This document shows positions 1 through 7,113 of a DNA stretch of 14,596 nt, in pieces. The stretch is from positions 1 through 14,596 of the forward strand of contig JAYUVP010000230.1 of assembly GCA_043753995.1 (NCBI GenBank), written 5' to 3'. The translations under genes and the position numbers were made by a program. The number at the start of each line of letters is the position of its first letter. The stretch's first letter is position 1. Source of the DNA: Fibrobacterota bacterium. GTDB lineage: Bacteria; Fibrobacterota; Fibrobacteria; UBA11236. Under the pieces are notes generated by a model that saw only the letters and a list, made by a program, of their open reading frames with translations, was not told where the DNA came from and did no database searches.

Positions 1-1296
1 CAAGCCTTGCGCGCCACCTTGGAGCAATCACTTCGGCAGGATGGCTTTCCCTTCGCGAGTTTCACCTTTCGCCCCGCTGACCAAGCCGCAGGGTCTTTGC
101 GTCCACCGCATTCGCTTATCGTCGTCATTGCCATTCAGGCGGGTGATGGTTTCAAGCTAGGTGGTTTCCTGGCGCAGCAAACGCGAACCCATATGGATGT
201 ATTGCTTCGTCTCTCCCTTTTGGAATATGGCGAAACCTTGAATGAAGGTCGATTGGCGCAGGCCTTGGCACGTCTGCGGCGCTGGGGATATTATGATGCC
301 GTGGACTCGCTGGGATGGGTTCGTGATCCTCGTCGTAATTTGATTTTCCCTATTTTACGACTTGCCGATTATCGCGGGAACCGCGTGGGCGGCTTGCTAG
401 GCTTTGATAGCGAAGCCGAATCCGACCAGCTATCTGGTTTCGTCGATGTGCATTTGATCAATATTCGCGGTACCGCGCGCGATTTTGACTTCAAATTCGA
501 AAGTCGGCCTCAATCCCAGGGTCGATCGGATCGGGAGGCTAGCCTGGTTTATGTCGAGCCTTGGCTGCCCGGCCTGCCGCTGGGCCTCAGGGTTACGGGT
601 TCGGTTTGGCTGCAAGATTCGGTTTATAATCAAATCGATGGTGGTTTGGCCTTGCTCAAGGATATCGATTTTCACTCTCGACTTGAGTTGACCGTATCGC
701 GGCAATATTCGCATGACATTCTTGCCAATCGTGAGAGTGAAGCTTTTTCCGGAGGCCTAGGCCTCGTGATCGATGCGCGGGATCAAGTGCCTTTTCCACT
801 CAATGGAGCTCGGCTTGATGCGAGAATCAGCGGCATACGCCGCGATATTGGCGACAGTTCCCGTTTTCTTATACAGTCACGCTTGCATGCTGAGGCCTAC
901 CTTCGCTTGAGTTCGCATTGGCTTTTGCATACCCGCGTGGAGTCCGGCGGAAATTGGCCGCGTCATCCCCTGGCCGAGCGCGGGGATCGATTCGAAGTCG
1001 GCGGGGCGCGCTCTCTGCGCGGCTATCGCGAGCGTGAATTCTCCACGGACTTATTCGGCTATGCCGATACCGAATTGCAATGGTTGCTGGCAGGACAGGG
1101 GCGGCTTCTGTTTTTTGCTTCGCCGGGGCTCATCAATAAACAAGAATCTTCAGTGTGGTGGCGCAGAGTGATCGGCTATGGCGCCGGATTCGAATTGGGT
1201 TCCAAGGCTTGGGCCGTGGGATTGATTTATGCCTTAAACCCCGATAGGCCATGGGCTCAAGGCCTATTGCATATGACGGTGGAGAATCGGTTTTGA
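1..1296 (+). CDS. Omp85 (BamA/TamA) family outer-membrane beta-barrel protein, 5'-truncated by the window edge
   Basis: Frame 1 is open from base 1. A POTRA-like segment (LARLRRWGYYDAV) precedes a barrel-start motif (LINIRGTA, compare NLFGTG). The loop-6 motif GGARSLRGY (compare VRGF/Y), amphipathic beta-strands and a C-terminal Phe (VENRF) are present. Confidence 0.82.
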   Translation, partial: QALRATLEQSLRQDGFPFASFTFRPADQAAGSLRPPHSLIVVIAIQAGDGFKLGGFLAQQTRTHMDVLLRLSLLEYGETLNEGRLAQALARLRRWGYYDAVDSLGWVRDPRRNLIFPILRLADYRGNRVGGLLGFDSEAESDQLSGFVDVHLINIRGTARDFDFKFESRPQSQGRSDREASLVYVEPWLPGLPLGLRVTGSVWLQDSVYNQIDGGLALLKDIDFHSRLELTVSRQYSHDILANRESEAFSGGLGLVIDARDQVPFPLNGARLDARISGIRRDIGDSSRFLIQSRLHAEAYLRLSSHWLLHTRVESGGNWPRHPLAERGDRFEVGGARSLRGYREREFSTDLFGYADTELQWLLAGQGRLLFFASPGLINKQESSVWWRRVIGYGAGFELGSKAWAVGLIYALNPDRPWAQGLLHMTVENRF

Positions 1297-1463
1297 ACGT
1301 ATTAGTTCACAACCAATTGCACAGGGTTCATTTTTATTGGTTTTACTATGTCAAAAGACTAAAAGTGGGTGGAATAGGAGCAAGCTTAACCTTGGGTATA
1401 GTACTCTTTGCTTGTCTTTCTCAATCTTTGCATCCTTAAGACTTTCTCCTGAAGCGGCCGACT

Positions 1464-4217
1464 ATGCCTATTGAAAACCATCTCTTAAAATTCAATCGAG
1501 TCTTTGCGGCTATCGGCATTGGCCTTCTCGCAACCACGTCGATTTGGTCGCAACTTCCAACGAATATCAAATACACCAAGGCTCTAGGCACCAATGTTGC
1601 GGGTTTTGATTTCGAAAATCCGATTTGGCTTGGCGAAATGCCGGGTGCGCCCGAGGTCTTCATTGTCCTTGAGCAAACCCTTGTGTCTCAGTCGAATACC
1701 GGTCGCATCCAGGTCCTTGAAAAAAATAATTTGGGAGTTTGGACTAAAAGCGTTTTTCTGACCTTGCCGGTTCGATATGATGGCAGCGACGAGAAAGGTC
1801 TGCTGGGCTTTGCCTTTCATCCCCAATATGCCACCAATCACCGGTATTTCCTATTTCGCAATATCGATCTAAATGTTCAGGTCGAAGAACGAAAATCAGA
1901 TGCGACCTTTAGGAAAGATTCAGGGGATCCTGCCAAGGTCTTGCTATCGGTGCCTCACAGTGCGCCAAATCACAATGGCGGTGGTCTTGTCTTTGGACCC
2001 GATGGCTTCCTCTATATCACCATCGGTGATAATGGCCAACACCTTCTTTCCCAAGACCTAACGTCCTTCTTTGGGAAGCTTTTGCGTATTGATGTCGATC
2101 AAGTTTCCGCATCCATTCCTTATTCCATTCCCACAGATAATCCGCTGGTAGACAGCACGCGTACCGGAATTCGCAAGGAAATTTGGGCCTATGGTTTTCG
2201 CAATCCTTGGCGCTTCTCTTTTGATCCCCTGAATGGCAATCTATGGCTAGGCGACGTGGGGTCGGATGGGGCCGGGCGCTTCGAGGAAATCAATTTGGTT
2301 CGTCGGGGTAAAAATTATGGCTGGCCTTGTCGGGAAGGCAAGCAGGCCACAAGCGTTGGCGGGAATTGCCCGAATTCCGTTGATCCCGTGGATGCCTATG
2401 CTATTACTGGCGCGATAAGTGTCATTGGTGGGGTCATTTATCGAGGGAAAACCACCTCCCCCTTCTATGGGAAATACGTCTTTTCCAACTACTCCACCAG
2501 CCCCAGTAGAATAGGTACCGCAAATCTCAATGACACCGTTTCCAGCGGCCTCACTTTCAATGCTACCAATGCTGCACCTCAGGCTTCCCATGTGGCCACG
2601 GATAGCAAGGGGCGTATTTATTTCACGGTGCGCATCCTTGGGGGTGCAATCTATTTGCTCGATCATCCCGACCTGCTCCCTGACTCCTCCGGCAATCAGC
2701 CTCTGCCTCCTGCTGCGCCTACGGGTTTAGGCATTTCTGTTGGCGTCGGCCAAGTCACATTATCCTGGAGTCCAGTAAGTGGAGCCTCCTCGTATCGCAT
2801 TTATTATCGAGCTGGCACAACAGTCACCAAGGCCAATGCTGCGATAAATATTTTGGGCACCAGTCCGCAATTGATTGGATCTCTTTCCAGTGATTCGACC
2901 TATGCTTTTGTGGTGACAGCCACAGATTCTGTGGGTGAATCGGTGGTAAGCACGGTCATCACGGGCAAGCCCTTGGCTTCGCTCGCAATCTCTACCGCGA
3001 CCTTGCCTGGTGGGCGGGCCAATTCGAATTATTCCACCGCCTTGCAGGCTACGGGTGGAGCCTCCCCATATACCTTCGCCGTGAGTGCAGGAAGTCTTCC
3101 TTCAGGAATCACTTTGACCGGCGCCACCTTGAGCGGCATTCCCACTCAGTCAGGAGCTTTCAATTTCACTATTGAGGCCACCGATGCGGGCTCTCGAAAA
3201 GCGACCAAGGCTTTTACCCTTACCCTGGCTGCCAATCGAGCTCCGAAAATAACGTCACCCGTGACAGCCAGGGCCACCGAGGGCAGCGACTATGCCTATA
3301 ACGCCACCGCGAATGATTCGGACGGAAATTCATTGTCCTTCACCTTCCGAAACCTGCCCACATGGATGACCTCGTCGGGGGCAAGAGCCCATGGCATCCC
3401 AGGCATCAGCGACTCCACGACGACATTCTGGGTTTTCGCGAGCGACGGCAAGTTGAGCGACTCCCTGCAAGTTTCCGTGCAGGTCATCCATTCCAATAAA
3501 GCTCCCATACTGGACTCCACTTTCGCCGGTCCAGATACCTTAGCCGAAGGTGACAGCGCCTTCTTTAGAGTCGTGGCCCGAGATCCGGATGGTGACTCCC
3601 TGATTTTTAGCTGGTCAATTGATAGCGGAAGCATGGTTTCAGGGGTGATGGGTTATCGGTACAAACCAGATTATTCCGCGTCAGGAAAACACACTTTGAA
3701 TATTCGCGTCGAAGATTCTAATGGCGCTTCCGTTCAGAAAAACTTCAATATCTTTGTTAAGAACGTCACGATTCCACCCCTATGTTTGCATGCCGTGGGG
3801 GATGTACCTGATTCGGAAGAATTCGCTTTCGGTTGGAAATCCATTAGAGATCCCGACTTGGACTCGGCAAGCACCGTTTTTCGCATGGAGGCCTTTCAGG
3901 ATTCCGCCCTCACGGTCTTGCTTTCCTCCCGGGATAGCCTGCCCAGGTTAATGCCCGCTTCGGTGCGCACCAAGTTGCCCAATGGAAGCGCCGTTTATAT
4001 TCGTGTCTTGGCCCATGATGGGAATTCGAAAAGCACCGGATTTGGATTGCCGGGTCGATTCACCTTTCACTATCCGGTAGCCATTCGATTGGGACCCTCC
4101 AGCAAAGCCCGTAAGGCTCGTGCCTTAAGCATTGCCACCAAGCCTGGGCTAAGGGTGATTCGTGCCGACGGTCAGCCCACCCGCATGGATGCCAAAGGTC
4201 GCAGTCTTACCGAATAA
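1464..4217 (+). CDS. Secreted PQQ-dependent sugar dehydrogenase family (glucose/sorbosone dehydrogenase-like) protein with FN3, Ig-like and cadherin-like domains
   Basis: Signal peptide (RVFAAIGIGLLATTSIWS|Q). GSDH-family motifs EKGLLGFAFHP, NHNGGGLVFGPDGFLYITIGD, GKLLRID, EIWAYGFRNPWRFSFD, EEINLV..GKNYGWP. FN3 (PAAPTGL..LSW..Y.IYY, about 2708-2975), putative Ig domain (LQATGGASPY..GSLPSGITL..LSGIPT, about 2980-3230) and two N(R/K)AP..D(S/P)DG(N/D)SL cadherin-like repeats (about 3234-3765). Confidence 0.85.
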   Translation: MPIENHLLKFNRVFAAIGIGLLATTSIWSQLPTNIKYTKALGTNVAGFDFENPIWLGEMPGAPEVFIVLEQTLVSQSNTGRIQVLEKNNLGVWTKSVFLTLPVRYDGSDEKGLLGFAFHPQYATNHRYFLFRNIDLNVQVEERKSDATFRKDSGDPAKVLLSVPHSAPNHNGGGLVFGPDGFLYITIGDNGQHLLSQDLTSFFGKLLRIDVDQVSASIPYSIPTDNPLVDSTRTGIRKEIWAYGFRNPWRFSFDPLNGNLWLGDVGSDGAGRFEEINLVRRGKNYGWPCREGKQATSVGGNCPNSVDPVDAYAITGAISVIGGVIYRGKTTSPFYGKYVFSNYSTSPSRIGTANLNDTVSSGLTFNATNAAPQASHVATDSKGRIYFTVRILGGAIYLLDHPDLLPDSSGNQPLPPAAPTGLGISVGVGQVTLSWSPVSGASSYRIYYRAGTTVTKANAAINILGTSPQLIGSLSSDSTYAFVVTATDSVGESVVSTVITGKPLASLAISTATLPGGRANSNYSTALQATGGASPYTFAVSAGSLPSGITLTGATLSGIPTQSGAFNFTIEATDAGSRKATKAFTLTLAANRAPKITSPVTARATEGSDYAYNATANDSDGNSLSFTFRNLPTWMTSSGARAHGIPGISDSTTTFWVFASDGKLSDSLQVSVQVIHSNKAPILDSTFAGPDTLAEGDSAFFRVVARDPDGDSLIFSWSIDSGSMVSGVMGYRYKPDYSASGKHTLNIRVEDSNGASVQKNFNIFVKNVTIPPLCLHAVGDVPDSEEFAFGWKSIRDPDLDSASTVFRMEAFQDSALTVLLSSRDSLPRLMPASVRTKLPNGSAVYIRVLAHDGNSKSTGFGLPGRFTFHYPVAIRLGPSSKARKARALSIATKPGLRVIRADGQPTRMDAKGRSLTE

Positions 4218-4231
4218 GGCGGGTCCTATCC

Positions 4232-4262
4232 CGAGGGAGTGAAAGTTTTAAGTCACTCCTCG
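4232..4262. terminator. Stem-loop between convergent genes, possible (bidirectional) terminator
   Basis: CGAGGGAGTGA (4232-4242) pairs with TCACTCCTCG (4253-4262) with one bulged G. It lies at the junction of the convergent GSDH and epmB genes and overlaps the epmB stop. No clear U-tract on either strand. Confidence 0.35.
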
Positions 4263-5258
4263 CTTAGCGCCTTCGCCTTGCACCTCGCGGACCAGTTTAG
4301 GCACCATATATCCTTGCACCTTGAGCTTTAAAGCTTCGATCATTTCCTTCGCTCTTGCTTCTTCGACTTCGAAATGGGACGTGCCCGCCACACGATCGAG
4401 CATATGCAAGTAATAAGGCATGACGCCGACTTCTATCAAGCGCTGCGACAAATTTTTCAAGGCCTCCGTTGAATCATTGATGCCTCGCAGCAATACGCTT
4501 TGATTCAACATTAAGAGGCCGGCTTGCTTTAATGCCCGCAAGGCCTCTCCGACCTCCTCGTCGATTTCTTGCGCATGATTGGCATGAATCACCATCACTC
4601 CGGTTTTCACCAGGGTCATTTCCCGCACCAGAGCCAGAAAGCGGTCATCGATGCGCGAAGGCAAAACCACGGGCAAGCGGGTATGCAAACGCACGGCTCG
4701 AATTTGGGGAAGGTGGACGGCGCGCTGCCAGAAACCGCGTAAGCGATGGTCGTCGAGTGAAAGCGGATCTCCACCGGACAGCAAGACCTCGTCGATTTCG
4801 GGATTTTGTTCCAAATAAGCCCAAGCCGCCTCCCAAGCCTCCTGGCCCTTGGGCAAATCTTCATAGGCGAAATGGCGGCGAAAACAATACCGGCAGTGTA
4901 CCGCGCATTGTGCCGTGGGAAGCATTAAGACGCGATTGGCGTATTTGTGCAGCAGCCCTGGGGCGCACTGGGAGGCTGTGTCGCCGACGGCATCCAAGGT
5001 GAAACCAGGGGCCGACTTGCCTTCGAGGCCCAGGGGGAGAACTTGGGCCAATAGGGGGTCTTGCCAGTCGCCCTTGCGCATACGCCTGGCAAAGGCCAGG
5101 GGGACCCGCAGGGGGAATTCTGGGTTTTGCTGCACTTCGAAGGGGGCGGACCGTAAGTCCAACTCCAAGAACTCCAGCAAATCGGGGACGGCGCGGAAAG
5201 CCTGCCTTAAATCGGCTTGCCAAAGGGGTGGCCCAGTCCTCAACATCGATTCGGCCAC
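4248..5258 (-). CDS. epmB: EF-P beta-lysylation protein EpmB (KamA-family radical-SAM lysine 2,3-aminomutase)
   Basis: GLLHKY.NRVL, radical-SAM CxxxCxxC (CAVHCRYC) followed by FRRHF, EVLLSGGDPL, NQSVLLRGIND, PYYLHMLDRVAG..HF and a C-terminal Lys (GEGAK). Divergent from efp as in E. coli. True start is GTG 5258 (GAAGGG SD-like element upstream) or ATG 5246, giving 332-336 aa, not the 581-aa ORF in the track. Confidence 0.93.
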   Translation of the reverse strand: MAESMLRTGPPLWQADLRQAFRAVPDLLEFLELDLRSAPFEVQQNPEFPLRVPLAFARRMRKGDWQDPLLAQVLPLGLEGKSAPGFTLDAVGDTASQCAPGLLHKYANRVLMLPTAQCAVHCRYCFRRHFAYEDLPKGQEAWEAAWAYLEQNPEIDEVLLSGGDPLSLDDHRLRGFWQRAVHLPQIRAVRLHTRLPVVLPSRIDDRFLALVREMTLVKTGVMVIHANHAQEIDEEVGEALRALKQAGLLMLNQSVLLRGINDSTEALKNLSQRLIEVGVMPYYLHMLDRVAGTSHFEVEEARAKEMIEALKLKVQGYMVPKLVREVQGEGAKRGVT

Positions 5259-5279
5259 AGCTATGAACCCTTCTTTTTC

Positions 5280-5345
5280 TACACTTCCGCGCCACTTCGA
5301 CCCGGTGGATTGCGACCGGGAAAAATAAGAGCTAAGAGGTTCGTC
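5280..5345 (+). promoter_or_regulatory. Putative efp promoter -10 with GC-rich discriminator, leader hairpin and Shine-Dalgarno
   Basis: TACACT (5280-5285) is followed by TCCGCGCC. Hairpin CCCGGT/ACCGGG spans 5301-5320, and SD-like AAGAGGT lies 5 nt before ATG 5346. No recognisable -35. Confidence 0.35.
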
Positions 5346-5912
5346 ATGGGCATGGTTTCCACCAATGAATTCCGTAAGCGCCTGCGCATCATCGTCGACG
5401 GGCAGCCATGCATGATAGTCGATAACGAATTCGTGAAGCCCGGCAAAGGCCAGGCTTTCAATCGCGTCCGCATCAAAAATTTGCTGACTGGGCGCACCAT
5501 AGAGCGCACCTATAAGTCTGGCGATACGGCGGAAGAAGCCGACATTTCTTATACCAACATGCAATTCCTGTATACCGATGGCGAGAACTACTCCTTCATG
5601 GACACCAAGTCCTTTGAGCAGTTCGAAATTTCCAAGGAAGCCATGGACGGTGCCGAGAAATGGCTTATGGAAAATACCGAATGCGAAATCGCTTTCTGGG
5701 GTGAAAAGCCCATTTCCGTGACGCCGCCGATTTTCATGGACCTCGTTATCACCTATACCGAGCCAGCCGTTAAAGGCGATACCGCCAATAGCGTTACGAA
5801 AAAGGCCACGGTCGAAACCGGTGCCGAAATCAATGTTCCGCTTTTTTGCGCCGAAGGCATGAAGGTGCGCATCGACACCCGCACCGGCGAATATGTCGAG
5901 CGCGCGAAATAA
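5346..5912 (+). CDS. efp: Translation elongation factor P (Lys34-type, PGKG loop)
   Basis: 188 aa from ATG 5346 with SD AAGAGG. Motifs FVKPGKGQAF, KNLLTG, FMD..SFEQ, P.VKGDTA, ETGAEINVPLF and IDTRTGEYVER. Confidence 0.97.
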   Translation: MGMVSTNEFRKRLRIIVDGQPCMIVDNEFVKPGKGQAFNRVRIKNLLTGRTIERTYKSGDTAEEADISYTNMQFLYTDGENYSFMDTKSFEQFEISKEAMDGAEKWLMENTECEIAFWGEKPISVTPPIFMDLVITYTEPAVKGDTANSVTKKATVETGAEINVPLFCAEGMKVRIDTRTGEYVERAK

Positions 5913-6899
5913 GTGATGTCCGGTGACGGCTTGGGGCCAAAACTCCAAGCCATTGCCCTTAGGCGGGCTGAGGCCTATGCCAAGCTCAGGCAATTCTTCG
6001 TCGAGCGCGGTGTATTGGAAGTCGAAACACCCTTGCTTTCCCGGGGGGTGTCCCTAGACCTTCACATCGATTTTTTCTCCTGCCTTTATTTTCCGGGTGG
6101 CCATGGCCAGGCCACGGGTGCCTCCTCCCATTATTTGCAGACCTCACCGGAACCCCATTTAAAGCGCTTACTTGGACACGGCTTACCCGATCTCTTTCAA
6201 ATCACCAAGGCTTTTCGCAATGGCGAAGCCGGTCGGCGTCACAATCCCGAATTCACTATGGTGGAATGGTATCGTCGCGATTTCGATTTGGCGGCCATGG
6301 AAATGGAAACCTTGGAGCTTTGCCAAGTGGTGGTGGGCTCCCGTGAGGTGCAGCGCCTGACCTGGGAAGAAGCCTTTGTAAAAACCTTGGGCATTAATCC
6401 TTTGCAAGCTCATCGCGAGACCCTCTTAGAGCTTCCGATCATTCAGAACCAGGGGCTGAATTCCCAACATTTTCCAAAGGATGTCGATTTGTGGGATTAT
6501 TTAATGGCTCATGGCGTCGAACCGGCGCTGAACCCGCAGGTTTTAACCTCAATACGCCATTATCCTGCGGCTCAGGCAGCTCAAAGCCAAGTACATGCCG
6601 AAAGGCCGGATCTTGCCTTGCGATTTGAAGTTTTCGGCCATGGTTTGGAATTGGGGAATGGGTACCAAGAATTACTAGACGCCGGGGAATATCGTCGCCG
6701 GTTTGAGGGCGAATTACTCAAGCGGCAGAAGGCCGGAAAGCCTCAGCCGCCCTTGGATGAGGCCCTGCTACAGGATTTGGAGCGCCACCCCTTGCCTCCC
6801 TGTTCAGGAGTTGCGGTTGGACTGGACCGGCTCCTGATGATGGCCACGAAGGCCGATTCCATCGAAGACGTGCTGCTCTTCCCCTGGGGTTCACACTAG
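5913..6899 (+). CDS. epmA: EF-P lysine--(R)-beta-lysine ligase EpmA (GenX/PoxA/YjeA)
   Basis: Class II LysRS catalytic domain without an anticodon-binding domain: VLEVETPLL, YLQTSPE, FRNGEAGRRHNPEFTMVEWY, RFEV...ELGNGYQEL, PPCSGVAVGLDRLLM. Abuts the efp stop (TAA GTG ATG; start 5913 or 5916). Confidence 0.95.
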   Translation: MMSGDGLGPKLQAIALRRAEAYAKLRQFFVERGVLEVETPLLSRGVSLDLHIDFFSCLYFPGGHGQATGASSHYLQTSPEPHLKRLLGHGLPDLFQITKAFRNGEAGRRHNPEFTMVEWYRRDFDLAAMEMETLELCQVVVGSREVQRLTWEEAFVKTLGINPLQAHRETLLELPIIQNQGLNSQHFPKDVDLWDYLMAHGVEPALNPQVLTSIRHYPAAQAAQSQVHAERPDLALRFEVFGHGLELGNGYQELLDAGEYRRRFEGELLKRQKAGKPQPPLDEALLQDLERHPLPPCSGVAVGLDRLLMMATKADSIEDVLLFPWGSH

Positions 6900-7002
6900 G
6901 TACATCGACCTCCCCCTGGGGTCAGGTTGTCTCTAAACAACCGCTGTCTAAAGCCTTGTCAGTAAGGGCCTTAGTTATCTTATGCCCCCTGTCTAGGGTC
7001 TA

Positions 7003-7113
7003 CACGGAAAGCCGCAAAGCCGAAAGGCTTCTTGGGTTGTCGTGCCTGGCTGCCAGTTTTAACCGTTGCCAGCCGTTCAGAATTTTTCACGAACGGCATT
7101 ATGGAGAGTCGGA
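7003..7113 (+). promoter_or_regulatory. Structured 5' leader of the giant TPR gene (GNRA-capped long hairpin, RBS-proximal hairpin, SD)
   Basis: A 19+19-nt symmetric hairpin spans 7003-7044 with a GAAA loop (15 of 19 positions paired including G-U). A GCCGTTC/GAACGGC stem spans 7072-7097. SD GGAG at 7103-7106 lies 7 nt before ATG 7114. Confidence 0.4.

Noticed and set aside
1297..1463. Small ORF (1251-1439) or sigma70 promoter in the AT-rich intergenic region
   Set aside because: The ORF overlaps the Omp85 end and has no recognisable features. TATAGT (1397-1402) has no matching -35, and the AACCAAT/ATTGGTT inverted repeat is too weak to call.
5217..5345. 43-aa N-terminal extension of EF-P in the ORF track
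   Set aside because: It overlaps the epmB start. ATG 5346 has a good SD and gives the normal EF-P length (188 aa).
5259..5993. N-terminal ~245-aa extension of the 581-aa minus-strand ORF
   Set aside because: It is the antisense shadow of efp and the start of epmA. EpmB similarity starts only at about 5258/5246, and open antisense frames are common opposite codon-biased, highly expressed genes.
5913..6899. Lysyl-tRNA synthetase (lysS)
   Set aside because: It lacks the N-terminal anticodon-binding OB fold, is only 328 aa and is adjacent to efp, so it is EpmA.
7010..7056. c-di-GMP-I (GEMM) riboswitch, suggested by GCAAA..GAAA and GGCTGCC
   Set aside because: The second conserved element (GRCGCAAAR) and the P3 stem with its tetraloop receptor are absent or in the wrong order. 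Kept only as an unassigned structured leader.
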